64,000 bases of DNA from Curvularia clavata (lineage: Eukaryota): positions 3,100,001-3,164,000 of the forward strand of contig CP089275.1 of the NCBI GenBank assembly GCA_023920165.1, given 5' to 3'. A program made the position numbers and the translations under genes. The notes below the pieces were generated by a model. The model ran no database searches. It was not told where the DNA came from and saw nothing but the letters and a program-made list of their open reading frames with translations. Of this stretch, positions 51,175 to 63,988 are shown piece by piece (positions within the stretch are counted from its first letter, which is position 1; each line of letters starts with the position of its first letter).

Positions 51175-52363
51175 ATGGCGAACAGAGGGTATGATGTAGT
51201 TGTTGATGTGGACCAAGAGGTATGCGTGTCCGCCCATTGCTTCGCCCTAGAGTGTGGAATTGAAGATTGTCAATCTGAATGATTGCGAAGCTGACGACTT
51301 CCCTCACAGGGCGACTTGGGCCACACCGATTTACAAGAGGACCTCGAATTCCACAGTTCAAGTAGGAGAACCCCCGATCTCACTATTAAAGAAAAAAAAA
51401 GAAAAAACCCACCCTTCAAGAATCTAACAACACACTCAGACTTTGACAATCAACCCTCGTCCGCCCGCGGCGCACCCAAAATCCAACCCGACTCCAGCTC
51501 GTCCTTCCTGCCCGGCCCCGCCACCGCCGGCGACACCAGTGGCAGCGGCAGCGGCCGAAAGCACTACCTCTGGTCCCTCAGCTTCTACGCACAAGCCTTT
51601 GACGTCGACACGGCCGAAGTACTCCGCCGCTGCACCGCCACCATTTTCCCCCGCGCAAACTTCCTCGACGTCCTTGAAGGAAACCCCGATCTCTACGGCC
51701 CCGTGTGGATTGCTACCACCGTCGTTGTCATCTTGTTCCTCACCGGAACGATAAATCAGTACTTGGCGCTTAAAGGCCAGGAGCATTTTGCGTACGACTT
51801 TAGGCTGCTGAGTGGTGCCGCGGGACTGGTTTATGGGTATACCGCGTTTGTGCCTGTAGGGCTTTGGGGCGTGCTCAAGTGGTATGGAAGTGAGAGTGCC
51901 AATTTGCTCGAGTGTTGCTGTCTGTATGGGTATGCGAATTTGATTTGGATTGCCGTGGCGTTGGTGGCGTGGAGTCCATGGAGTAGTGAGTTCCTTGCCC
52001 CTTTTCTTTCTGCGCTGGATGCTCCGTGCCAAAGATGGCTCTTTCTTTTTGGATGTTGTGCTAATTTTGTCTTTCCACACAGTTGTCAACTTCGTTGTCG
52101 TAGCGCTTGGACTGGCGTTTAGCGCGACGTTCCTTCTACGTAACTTGTACCCTGTACTGAGCACCACCGAGGCAAAGACGTCTAAGATCCTGCTCGTCGT
52201 TGTGGTTTTGTTGCATGCAGGCTTTGCGATTGCGATCAAGGTGCTGTTCTTTGCTGCGACGAGTCCTGTAGGCCCGAATAAGGGCGACAAGGATGCGGGT
52301 AAGGGCACGGCGGATGCAGGATCGGATGGCAAGGGTGCTTTGATTAGGATGCTGATGGGTTGA
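51175..52363 (+). CDS. Yip1-family Golgi/ER membrane protein (Yip5/YIPF1-like; introns 51220-51309, 51362-51439, 51986-52082)
   Basis: FDVDT...NPDLYGPVWI and CLYGYANLIWI motifs, about 5 hydrophobic segments, canonical introns joining in frame. Confidence 0.88.
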
Positions 52364-52834
52364 GGCCAGCTTGGGGGAGCTTGCGGAGCGTACTGCTACT
52401 TTTCTTGAAGAGCGTTTGTGGGAATTTTGTCGCTGTAAGACAAGTGTCAAGAGATACATCAATACCAATCTTACTTTTTCGTCTTTCCTTTCAATGAACA
52501 TCCACGCAGACGCAAATCTCACTGCTTGACAAACTTGTTTTTCAAACCCATTTTATTTATTAAACATTAGTGTGCATCGAGTGCCTCGCTATCCCTTTGT
52601 TCCTTCGTTCTCAGTCATAATCATTACAGTTCGTTTCCCCGTGTCCCTACTTGTACAATGATCTCCCTCTCCATCAGTGATTAGTATCCGCCACAAGGTA
52701 GCTACTATCGATCAATTGTCTTCGCCAGAGGCAATCACAATCGATCAACCGTATCTGCCACAGGACAATACCGTACAAAGAAAATTCTCACCCTCGTCAC
52801 CATCACACATGACCTTGCCGCCCTCGTTATGCAT

Positions 52835-54960
52835 CTACGTGGCACGTCCCTTGCCCTTGCCCATATAAGCAGGCACCATGTACTCACCGGCACCCTCGTA
52901 CTCGTTGGCATCTCCAGCCTCGAAGTTAACGTTGGTCATGTCCTCGAAGGTGGAATCATCGATATTGAAATCCTCGACGTTGAAATTCTCGAGACCCATC
53001 GTGTTGGCTCCATCATTGTCGAGACCCGCCGTGTTAGCGCCATCAGTGTCGAGACCTGTCGTGTTACTGGCACCATCAACACCTTGATCCATCATCTGCT
53101 GGCCATTCTGGTTCGCGAAGATCTCATTGAGCTCATCAAGATCGTCGCCCCATTTGAGCGCCTGCACCAACTCGTGGACGTTCTTGAGCGTGTACTTGGC
53201 CGTGTCCTTGCGATCGCAACACCACTTGACACACTTTGTGAATATGCCTCCGTCGACGCCGTCGGCAGGATGCTGCTTGAGCTCTCGGTCGAGCTTCGAG
53301 ACGTCAAAGTCTGTGGACTCCTCCCGCTCCTCACCAGTCTGTCTGATGAGCTGAGTAGCAAGCCAGTCGTTGGCGTTGGCGAATACGTCTCTCTTTTGTT
53401 CGTACCAGTTGCGGCCATACTTGTCCTTGCCCCTCTTGATGGATGTGGTGCACCTGACAGAAGTAGTGTTGCGCAGATAACCACCTTCGATGTGGCGGTG
53501 CTTGTTGAGAGCATCAGTGATAGTTTGGGGACTCCATCTACGCGAGTAGAGGCGCAGAGCGACCTCTGGACGCGACAGCGATTGGAAGAAGTAGACGATG
53601 ATCTCTGTATCGGTGAGTGGAACCTCGGGGATGAAGGCAGTCGCGGGTGGCAAGATGTTCGACAGGCTGTTGAACTTGCGCCTGATGACACTGTTGAGTG
53701 TACGCTGGTCTGAGCTGATTGTGCTGGGGCCAATGCGATCTGGCGTCAGTGGAGAGAGTTCGAGCGGGTATATAGACTTATAGACCTTGGCGGGATCCAT
53801 GGGAGGTGGACCACGTATGAAAGAAGTCGTATTTGCCATGCCGCTTGAAGACGAGGCACCCGCGGAAGCTCCTTTCTGGGGCGACAGGCCACTGGAACCT
53901 GGGAGGTTCCCGAAAGTGGATGAAAGCTCCATGATGCTAGAAGACGGAACGGGTATATAGCGTGTCGGAGACTCTGTGTCACTGAAAGACGGCATCATGA
54001 AATTCTTGGGGGTTTCCGGGCCATTCGACGACGGGGCAGCCATGAAAGATGCGCGAGGCATCACGTCGCTGGGGGATGATGGGGTCGTTACAAAAGGTGT
54101 AGAAGGTGTAGTCATGAAAGGTGATAGAGGTATCATACTGGAAGACGGACCAGCTTTGAAGGGTGACGCAGGCACCATACCACTGGAAGATGAGCTAGGT
54201 CCAAAGGTTGAGGGTAAAGCTGTGGAAACAGGACCACGGGGAACCTTGATCGTCAGCGCCTTGCGAGCAATTGTCTTCTCACTCTTGGATTTCTTGCTGC
54301 CAGCAGCCCCAGCCACAGCTGCAGGAACAGGAATAGTTGCGTCGGGCACATTTTGATGCGCCTGGAGGCGTTGCTGCTCCTGTTGACGTTGCTGCTCCTG
54401 TTGACATTGCAGCTCCTGTTCGCGTTGTTGCAGCTTCAGTTGCTTCATTTGCTCTCGCAACTCATAGAGCTCGTCAAGCAAATCGTCTCGCTCGGATCGC
54501 GTCTTGATCAGGCGTGCGTTCGATTCAATAGTCATACGGGACATCTCTGACGCGAACGTGTTGAATTCCTCGTGGAACATATTCATGTCCTCTGCAGAGA
54601 CCATGGAAGCGTCGAAGTCGCTGTGGAATGTATTCATACGGAACGCGATATAAGCCAGCTGCATGAGCATGCTCGTATGACCGTAGTCTGTAAATGTGAG
54701 TTGTTGAACATTTTGAATTTGCCAATAGGCTTACCTCGAGATATGGCTACACCATTCATGCTTTGAGCTTGCGGCATCTCGGGGGTGTGAAGGATCCGAT
54801 GAATTGGACGCATTGGCTGAGGCATTGCCAGATTCTGAGAGCTCTCGTGTGAGCCGTTCCGTGAGCCGTCCTGTGAGCCATTGGTAGGCAGCGTCTCTTC
54901 ATCCGGCAAAGTGCCACTGTTCAAGTCAGTTTCTTGCCTCAAAACTACGTCGTCGTCCAT
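52835..54960 (-). CDS. Hypothetical protein with Q-rich coiled coil, Ser/Pro linker and a predicted globular C-terminal domain (intron 54688-54734)
   Basis: The 611-aa ORF is extended in frame by exon 1 (MDDDVVLRQ...ISR|DYGHTSMLMQ) through GTAAGC...CAG. No family recognised. Confidence 0.7.
52991..53080 (-). repeat. 30-nt (10-aa) coding tandem repeat x3 (DGANTxGLD-like)
   Basis: Plus-strand units gagaccc/tnnnngtgtt...ccatca start at 52991, 53021 and 53051. Confidence 0.85.
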
Positions 54961-56984
54961 GGTTTGCCGAGTCTGCAATGCGGGAGAGGTTCTATTGGTA
55001 TAGGGAAATGTAGTAGAGAAAAAAGTGGTGTAGAAAAGAAGTTGTGTAGAAGGAAAGTCTGGTAGAAGAAGTGTTGAGTGGATGAGTGGTGAGGGATGAG
55101 CGGTGGGCCCAATGTTTTGAAATACAACGCGACAGCAAATTTTAACCCACGTGCGGTTGCTATGGGGGACTGCAAACGGAGCAAACGAAACGGGGCACTA
55201 CCAATAGGACGGGGAGTGTGACGACATTGTGGTGGCCATTCGTACATGCTGGGACTCACTTATAATGAGAGATAACTAGTCCATAATCACTCTCATAGCT
55301 GTCGAACGCACTGTAGGCGGGATAATTGGTGTGCGGGCGTGCTGTGTATCACTTGATACGTGGGCTTCGCATCCTCTGCTTCATTTACTAACATAGAACC
55401 ACGCTGGAGAGAATACTTGAATGCTTGATCTGCCGGAGTAACACTCCAACGAGGATGCAGTGATATCCTCGAGGTAATTCTGGGGGATTTGGCTGAAGTG
55501 ATCGAAAATGCGGAGTGGTGATATGGATGGTCGAGTTGCGTTCTGTTAGGGCTAGGAAGGTAAGTCGATGAGACCATGGAATTCGTCTGTGCGCTGGCAT
55601 CTCATACATGACAGGCGTTGAATGAGTATGGAACGGTTAGCGTTTGCTGGGCTGAGATCGTGCACTAAGGCATCGCGACGTTCTGTACAGCTTGAGGTGC
55701 TCAGTGCATGACACATTATGATCGTTGTCTCAAGTGTCAGGTAGTCGGAAAAGTCTACTTAGGCTTCGTTGGTCAATTGAGGACACCTTGATCTATGACA
55801 GCTGACAGCCGGTTAGTACAAAGCGAAGACACTGAGGTTGGGTGTTGTAGGGTAAGGCTGCCCAGACGTAGTGAGTGCCTGATGCCTTCACCTTGACACC
55901 AATATATACGTAGAACTCATTCATTCTAAACACACAGTAAAATATTCGGGTAATAATCGGTGAGACTCAGACCGTTAGTCCTTTTCCTGGGGTTCCAGGA
56001 CAGATACATTACGTGAACGGTAATACGGGTTGCGCAAGTTCATACTACCGGGAGACTCAGGTGCAAGCAGAAAAAAGCATGTCTTATTATTGAATTTACT
56101 TGATAAAACATAGTATCTTGTAATGGTTGAAAAGTGAGCGAAAGGAATGGAAAGGTCACAACATGAGGTTGGGCGCGCTAGTCTACTTCGGGTATCCGTT
56201 CCTGTATCAACACAAACACAGACCATTTACAGTGTTCCAGTGGGTACCTCACCAATGCTATCTGCGTCAGTACAGAGGCTATTGCTGTTGGCTTTAGAGT
56301 GATGTATGCAGCGGAAAATGCATAGTATAGCATTTCGCTCACGAACGATTGCTGGATGTTTGTTGTGGACTGATGCGTCATGACTCTTATTTTGTATATT
56401 GTTATCGCAAAAAACATCTCACTTCCCAAGAACGGCCAGTTGATTGGCCATGTGAGTTCGTTTTTCTCAGTCTGATGATATCAAAAGGGCGCGTAGCTAT
56501 GAGATGCCATTGGAAAAGCGAAAGGCAGTACTGCACAGGAATGATCAGGAGTTGTGAAAAGTAGTCAACTTGTGTCTCTGAAAACCTTGACAGTCTATGG
56601 CATAGAGAAGGGGTTGTTGAATATATTGCTATTGAAGCTATTAGCTACCTACTAAATGTGTCATCGCAATGGCGCACTGTATCTCAAACGAGTGTCGTGA
56701 GACAAATACAGCATGTTCTGAGCGCATTTGAATACATCAGTATACACAGAAGCCTGAAGAAAAGAACATATCATGCGAACTAGTGCTCAGTTTAGCATCG
56801 AAGACATTGAAGTCGACGAAGTTCCCGCCCGGACCAACGTGGAGGATGAGCAATCCCGGGCTGATTTTTTAGAGAGGTTGACTCCTCTGTTCAGTCAAGA
56901 GATATCTCCCTTGCGTGTATGTATGTATGTATGTGTATGTGTGCGATCTCAACCACCAACTTTCGTCTCACAGGGGAATGCCGT

Positions 56985-58004
56985 CTACTCCCAAGCTGGT
57001 TCGGGCTTGATTTCGGGCTCGGTTGCCCTTCCCTTTCCCTTGCCCTTGTCGTCCGGCTTGGGTGGACCTTTTTGGTGAGGATGTTGCGACTGAGTTTGAC
57101 AGGAGTTGCCACGTCCTGTCTTCTTCTTCTGTCTCTTGGAGGAACCGGCATCTTCAGCTGCTTCAGCCTCGGACCTCTTCTCCCTGGCTATCGAATTCGC
57201 CAGAGCAGAAATGGCACCCCACGAGTTGGCGTCATCTGGAAGGCCCCGGAGGAGGGTGCTCAGCGCGGCCATTCTAGAAGAATCAGTAGCCGTAGCTCCT
57301 GAGGGCGCGGGCGTCGGCGGGTTCCTCCGTGCTCCTACGCGTGCAAAACGGTTTGCCGCCTCACCGCAGTCCTCGAAAGGTGGGTGGTTCAACCCACAGC
57401 CAGCAACACAGAGTGGTGTTCGGCATGCCTGTGATCCTCCAGGATGCCATTTTGCACAGCGAGTGCAAAAGACGCTCTTGCCCTTTTTGGACAAAGAGGC
57501 GGAGGGGGCAGCACTGGGACCAGCGTGGGCCATGGTGGCGTCGCTTTGTGAAGGCCTTGAAGCCAGGTACTGGAACTGCTTGCGGAGGCGCTTTCCCTCC
57601 TTGTATGCTGACCTGAGCGTGACATTCTGTTCCTTGCTCAGATGCGGAGGTGGGTGCTTCTGGCCACACTCCTGGCAGTCCTGAATGTCTGCTTGGGCCT
57701 TCCTCTCCTGACCCTCCCGTTCAAGCATGTTGAACGCGCCTACCCTCTCATCAAGAGAGAGCGACGTATCTTGGAGGGGGTGCGCGTTTCGCAGCACCAG
57801 CTGGAGTTGGATGTCATTGGGTACATGACCCGCAGACCGATCATCACTGGCTTCTAGCTCAGTGTTACCAGATGCTTCATAGGAGCTTTCAGCTCCAGCA
57901 GAAGCCGGCTCAGGACTTTCGACCTTGAGCCTGTCCACCGTTCCTTCTGGCATGGAATCGGTGGCATCGGTGCGTGCAGTGGAGGGGAGCATGTTGTCCT
58001 CCAT
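56985..58004 (-). CDS. Hypothetical Cys/His zinc-finger protein (339 aa, intronless)
   Basis: GCAATGG start. Motifs CQECGQKHPPPH and CTRCAKWHPGGSQACRTPLCVAGCGLNHPPFEDC, plus a basic NLS-like KRQKKK. Confidence 0.65.
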   Translation of the reverse strand: MEDNMLPSTARTDATDSMPEGTVDRLKVESPEPASAGAESSYEASGNTELEASDDRSAGHVPNDIQLQLVLRNAHPLQDTSLSLDERVGAFNMLEREGQERKAQADIQDCQECGQKHPPPHLSKEQNVTLRSAYKEGKRLRKQFQYLASRPSQSDATMAHAGPSAAPSASLSKKGKSVFCTRCAKWHPGGSQACRTPLCVAGCGLNHPPFEDCGEAANRFARVGARRNPPTPAPSGATATDSSRMAALSTLLRGLPDDANSWGAISALANSIAREKRSEAEAAEDAGSSKRQKKKTGRGNSCQTQSQHPHQKGPPKPDDKGKGKGRATEPEIKPEPAWE

Positions 58005-59324
58005 TGCGCGTGTGTGTGTAAGTGTATGTGGAAGTAGACGAAAAGCCGATCGTAAAAGTGGCTGTATTTGTCGCGCGTATGCGTGTACGTCTAGAGAGTA
58101 GGAGTGGAGGACGCGAAGGCTGCAATATGTGCGTGCACCACGCGCTAGCGCCAGTCACGGGACGGTGATGGTGAACAGTGAACTCGTGATATGTCTTGGC
58201 ACACTGAGACAACTACAGTGAACTAACATGGGAGCAATGAGGATGATTGCATCTCATCATTGGTTGATGAACTGACCTCATACATATAGTAATGTGATAC
58301 ATGAGAAATGCTGTACCTTTGAACCCATTTCGTCGTGTTCCTTGAGATGATACATCAGCTTTGCTGACAATGCTATCGCGCGAGAAGAACATGATGCCAA
58401 ACTCAGGCATATGTGCTTTATTCATAAGAAATACAATAAAAGTGTCACTGGCGGCTGAGGTTTTAGTGGTGATGCAATGCCAGGAGGCAATTTGGTCGTG
58501 AACAAAGTGCAACCTTTTCAGGATGAATCAGAAGTATAGCGATTTCACAGCCCTAATCCATTTAGTCAGTATTATCAGGCCTCTACCCTTGGTTTTCAAA
58601 AAGAGATCCAGACAACTCTGGCAATAGTAATCCTTTATTAAAATGAGCTCCTAAGTTGACAAAAACAAATCAAGATGACCATGCCTGATGAGATTGGAGC
58701 ACTAGTGTTGTCAAAGACCTGAAATTCTCAACTTAAATTCTCTCTGATTACCCTATTGATGAAACAAGTCGAAACCCATGACTCTCTTTATAAGCTTGGG
58801 CAGAAATGCTGTGTCGTCAGACGGGTGGGCATTGCGCATAAGTGTTCAACACTCTGTGTGATTGAGAACGTGATCCGCTCGCCCTCCGACATCAATGGGT
58901 ATCACTGGCCCTTGGGTAGTAGAGTATGTCATGTTGCCAGTTTCCCCTTTTCTGCCATAGCAGGCAGAATGGTGGCCGGCATGTTGAAGCAGATGAAGAG
59001 GGAACGTAGTGAACAGAGGGAGACGTGGTGGTGGCGACATCTGGTTTGACCGCTCATAATGACACTAACGAATGGCATAGAAGAATGGTAGTGAGCTGTT
59101 GTCAGGCTGTTGTTGATGTAGGCGGAGGTAGACGCAATGAAGGTGAAGTATAGCAGGAATCTATTTCTATCTGTTCGAAGGTGAGACTCTCACCGCGACG
59201 ATACATCCATGAAGCATTTTTGTAGTCCAAGCGCCGAGTATGAACCATCCGTGAAACCACTGCATTATGTCGTAAAAAGGCCGACCAACTAAGCCGACAT
59301 GCAAACCGTAAACCCGCCCCCTCC

Positions 59325-62300
59325 TTACTCGTCTTCGTCCGAAAATACTTCTTCACCACGCTTGCGGCGGGCCATACGCTCCTTCTTCTTCTTGCGCATT
59401 TCGCTCGATGTAAGCTTGGCCTTCTTCTTCTGAGACTCGATCTTGTTACCTGGAAGATTGTTAGCACTCTGAAATCACGTTTAAAAGGGAAAGGGGAGTC
59501 GGTACCCATGGCATCAAATTGTACGGCTTCTTCTCCATCATCTTTAGCAAGACGAGGTCCAGATCCTTGACCCTGGACCCAGTTGTGACCTGAGGGGGTC
59601 ATGCGACCATCCATGACAGCCCAGACTTCCTCGGTAAGATCCTTGGTGAACTCGGCGGAGTGAGTAATGATGATGACACCACCCTCGAAGGACTTGATGG
59701 CCTTGGACAGGGCACCAAGGGAGTCACGGTCGAGGTAGTTGGTGGGCTCGTCAAGGACGATCAAGTGGGGGCGTTGCCACGAGCAGGCAGCAAGGACGAC
59801 CTTGACACGCTGACCACCGGAGAGACCACGCATACGGGAGTGAGAGACGAGCTCGGCGTCAAGACCGAAGTTGGCGCAGTGAGCCTCAATCTCCTTACGG
59901 ACCAGAGGACGGAACTGACCGCTGGCGAGAGCCTCCTTCTGATCGACCTCAGCAACCATCTTGGCGTGGGAAGCCATGATCTCAGAACGAGGGATCCAGG
60001 CGTTGTCGGCAGTCATCATGGGTGTCCAGCGCTCGTTCTTCATGCCAATGTTCTCACCAAGGGCGAACGAACACTCGTACTCGTAAGAGTTCTTGAACTT
60101 CCTACGGGAGTGGATACCAATGACACGACGCTCGGTACCGTCAATCTTGTAGATCTTGTCCATGGCCTTCTCGTCCTCCTCGGTGACGATCTTGTTGGCA
60201 CGGTCCATGGTCTCACGGTCCTCACCAGTCTGGAAACGCCACTGAATGTACTCGGAAGGAGTCTTGTCGAGGTGGTGGTCAATGTGGGCGAATGCGTGTT
60301 GCTTAATGTAGGCAATACGGATGTTCTCGTGGTGGTAGATCTCACCCTTGGTTGGGACAAGCTCACCAGTCAAGACGTTGACAAGGGTGGACTTTCCGGC
60401 ACCGTTGGGACCAATGACGGCAATACGGGATCCGAGAGAGCACTGGAAGGAAATGTCCTCAATCTGGGGCTTGGAGGTACCCTCGTACTGGAAGCTCATG
60501 TTGGTGGCACGAAGGATGGCCTTGGCCTTGGTCTTGACACCCTCAAGGAAACCGGGCTCGGGGAACTTGAACTCCATGTCGGAAGCGGACAGCTCGTGGT
60601 AGGACTTGGCAGCGGGCACACGCTTGACGAAGTCATCGAGGTTACCCTTGTAACGCTTGAGCTTGAAGCGCTCGTAGTGGATGACGTGCTGGATGACGTT
60701 GTTCAAGAACTTGCTGTCGTGAGAAATGACAATGGATGTGCAAGGAGAGCTGGTGAGGTAGTCCTCGAGCCACTTAACGTTCTTGACGTCCAAGTGGTTG
60801 GTGGGCTCGTCGAGCAGCAGAATATCGGGCTCCTCAAAGACGGCACGGGCAAGCGCAAGCTTCATCTTCCATCCACCAGAGAGGGCGGTGATAGGACCGT
60901 TGTACATAGCATCGGTGAAGCCGAACTCGTTGAGGGTCTTCTTGACATCATCTTCAGGCTTGTCGATACCAACAGACTTGAGCTTGTTCATGGTCCAGCC
61001 AATGACAGTCATCTCAGTGTCAGCGGAATCCAAGTCGTGCTCGACGTAGACAGTCTTGACCTCGCTCTGCTTGGGGAAACCCTCGACCTGCTCGTTGTTG
61101 ATGGCGCGCATGAGGGTGGTCTTTCCGGAACCGTTGGGTCCAAGGAGACCGTAACGCTGACCACGCTTGAGACGAAGGTGAGTCTGGTTAAGCAGGATCT
61201 TAGCACCATAGGCCAAGTTGAATGTGCAGTTGCAGAGATCCTCGCCCTCCTCCTCATCGGGCTCGACGGCCGCCTCAGCGGCGGCACCGGGGAGAGACCT
61301 CTTGCGGAGGTTCTCAGTGACCTCCTTAGAGGACTCGTCGCCAACAAGGACGGCAACGAAGGGACCGGCGTTAGCCTGCCAGTTGAGGGGCTCGTAGTCC
61401 TTCTCGTCGATCAATTGGCCACCGATAGCACCAATGTAGTTGACGACAGGCTCGAAGCGCTCGTCAAGCTTGACGGAGGAAGGAAGGACAGCCTTAAGGT
61501 GGCCAGCGATGGTGGCAATGTCACCAGACTTCTCAATCTCGGGAGCCTTTCCGTCAACAACGGCACCGACACGGATGAGGGTGTCGAGACCCTGGCGGGT
61601 CTTCTCACGGGCCTCGGGGTCAGCCAAGTTCTCGAAGTTCTTCTCAAGCGCGGGCATGAGACGGGGCAAGAAAGCGGCGACAATCTGGGGGTCCTCGACG
61701 AGCTTGCACATGTTGTCGATAATGACGGCAGACTTGCGCTTGATGGCAGTCTCGCGCTCGACGAGACCACGCTCAAGAAGAGGAACCATGATGGCAAGGG
61801 TAGGCTCGTGGACGTCAGTGACGAAAGTGGTGGCACCGAGCAAGTGAACGGTCTCGGGAACGTTCTCAGGCTTAGCGATACACTTGATGAGCTCGGGAAT
61901 GAAGCGCTCGATATCCTTGTTGGAGATCAAAGAGCAGAGAATCTCCATGGTGCCGTAGGCAGCCTTCTTGACCTCAGGCTTGGTATCCCACATGGCACCA
62001 GAGATGACGGGGATCAGGTCTGGGACACGGAAAGCCATCTGAGCGGGAGCGCTCTTGGTGAGGACCTCGATGCACTTGAGGTCGCACATCTTCTCGGGCC
62101 ATTTTTGTGCGTTCTCGAGGGAGTGGATGATGTGGGGGATGATGGCCTTGACGGCGTTGGGGTTGGCAGCAGAGACGATGGCCTCGGCGGCGGTCTGAGC
62201 AGCGACCTTGACGGCGGTGATCTTGTCACCGACAGCGGCCAGCACGTCGGGCAGGAGGGAAACGAGGTAGGGCTCGACGGCGGCGGAGACGTGAGCGTGC

Positions 62301-62639
62301 TGGGCGATGGCACGGATAGCGTCAAGGGCACGCTCACGGGCGACGGCATCCTTCTTGCTGGCGAGTTGCTTCTTCAGCACCTGGACAGCCCTGGAAAAAT
62401 TGTTAGCAACAGTGTCCCAGCATAATGAGGGACTTGAAGGGAGTAGGGACATACTTGGTGGGAGCGTCAGCCTCCTCAATGTCGCCGTTGATGAAGGTGG
62501 CGATGGCCTGGGCAGAGGCGTTGATCTCGTCCTGAGCCTTGCAGAGGGTCAACTTCTGCATCATCTCCTCGAGCGCCTTGAGCGCCTTGGAGTTCTCGGA
62601 CTTGATGGCCTTGGCATCGTGCGAAGCAGCAGGCGCCAT
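59325..62639 (-). CDS. YEF3: Translation elongation factor 3 (fungal ABC-F ATPase; introns 62391-62454, 59450-59505)
   Basis: HEAT N-terminus, two ABC cassettes ([24 protein letters not shown] and [24 protein letters not shown]), chromodomain-like insert and basic/acidic tail ([23 protein letters not shown]). Strong codon bias. Confidence 0.97.
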
Positions 62640-62697
62640 TTTTTCGGTGGGGGGTAGAGGAGTGGGAGGAAAAGTGAGGGACGAGGGGCGGGTGGTC

Positions 62698-62953
62698 CTT
62701 ATATGGACAAAGACGGCGGGGCCCAAAAAAAACTTTTGGCGTGGAAAAGATAGAGTGAATCTATCCGGGGTATCAAACACAGCCGCGAGAAAAAATCGAC
62801 TCGCAGCCTCTATGCAGTCCTGACACAACGACACAAAGAAGAGAAAGTACTTTGGGTCAGCCCAGAGGGAGAGTGAGTGGAGAGAGGGCGCAAAAGGTGC
62901 CTGTGGAGGGGCTTTTTATCTCTTGGTGGGCTGTCTCGCTTTGAGAAATTTTT
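62698..62953 (-). promoter_or_regulatory. eEF3 promoter: TATA-like (62698-62705) and RRPE-like TGAGAAATTTTT (62942-62953)
   Basis: CATATAAG lies about 60 nt upstream of the ATG. TGAGAAATTTTT resembles the TGAAAAWTTTT element of yeast ribosome-biogenesis/translation genes (inference). Confidence 0.35.
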
Positions 62954-63980
62954 GGCCAGGGCGTAAGCCGATAAGATTAGCGCCGCCTGGCCCCTGCACA
63001 GAGTAACCGGACACCCTCGCCCTTGGTTGCCGCCCAAAATGTCCATGATTTCATACTGCAATCCCGGCTGCGAACGAATCCAAAAGATTTTTTCTTCACA
63101 CTCGCCGCTATTTCTCCAGTTTTTCGCCACTGCCGGCCGCCTGCTCCTCTGCCTGTGCTGATGATGGCGGGGCAGAGACGCCTCGCCGCCGCTCCGTGTC
63201 ATGCTGCAGCCCACGTTGCAAAAGGCCATCATCTATTTGTGGCGAAGTCTGGCACAGGCTTGCTGACCGCCTTCTCAGAAAAAGCCCTGGCTAAAGCCAT
63301 GGCCCCTACGTAGTTGAAAGCCGCCGGGTCTGCAGCATCGAAGATCAGGGACTCGCACTAAAGCACACATTGCTACAGTTCTCAGACGGCTACACATGTC
63401 AAGGCCTAGCCGCTGCTTGTCCCTGAAGGTCTCCTAAAAAACTTACACTTCTGCATGGCCTGTACATGTAACAATACTGCCTCGGACAGCGGGACTGCCA
63501 CTCCTTTCAGGTCCAGCCTACTGGCGGTCCCATTCTGATACGGTAGGCATGCCGGTCGCTGTTCGTCCAGCCCTGCCAAGCCGACACGCTACGGCCAACT
63601 GCGGAAGCTCCAGACTACCTCACCGATACGCCCCCAGTTGAAACCAGGCTGTCTTCTTCAGACCCGGCATTCGCCACTCATTCGAGCCTCATTACCAAGC
63701 GAATTTGTTGCAAATTTCGAGTTTACACCCCACAGACGAGGACAAGTGTTCGTTCTGTTTCTGTCGTCCCACTGTCTTGATATTTTCGCCACCGCACTGT
63801 CTGTACAGCTGTGCTTTGTAAGATCGACGTCCCAGCCCGGCAATTGGGTGTGCCAGGAGCAATCCCTGCATGTGGCTTCTGTCGGACCCCTAGTTCAAAC
63901 CGCCGTTTTGCCCAATCGTGCTGAAAACATTTCTCGTACCATTGCCTTCTGTCTTTGCCTCCAGCGACATATCAAGACAA

Positions 63981-63988
63981 TATATAAG
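63981..63988 (+). promoter_or_regulatory. Possible TATA box of a gene beginning beyond the window
   Basis: TATATAAG at the window edge, about 1.3 kb from and divergent to eEF3. Confidence 0.25.

Noticed and set aside
59102..59324. Alternative C-terminus of the 1125-aa eEF3 ORF
   Set aside because: It is an artefact of the unspliced 56-nt intron. Splicing restores the conserved basic/acidic tail.
59660..62425. 921-aa plus-strand ORF antisense to eEF3
   Set aside because: It is an in-register shadow of a highly codon-biased gene (avoiding TTA/CTA/TCA removes antisense stops), with no ATG start and no recognisable domain.
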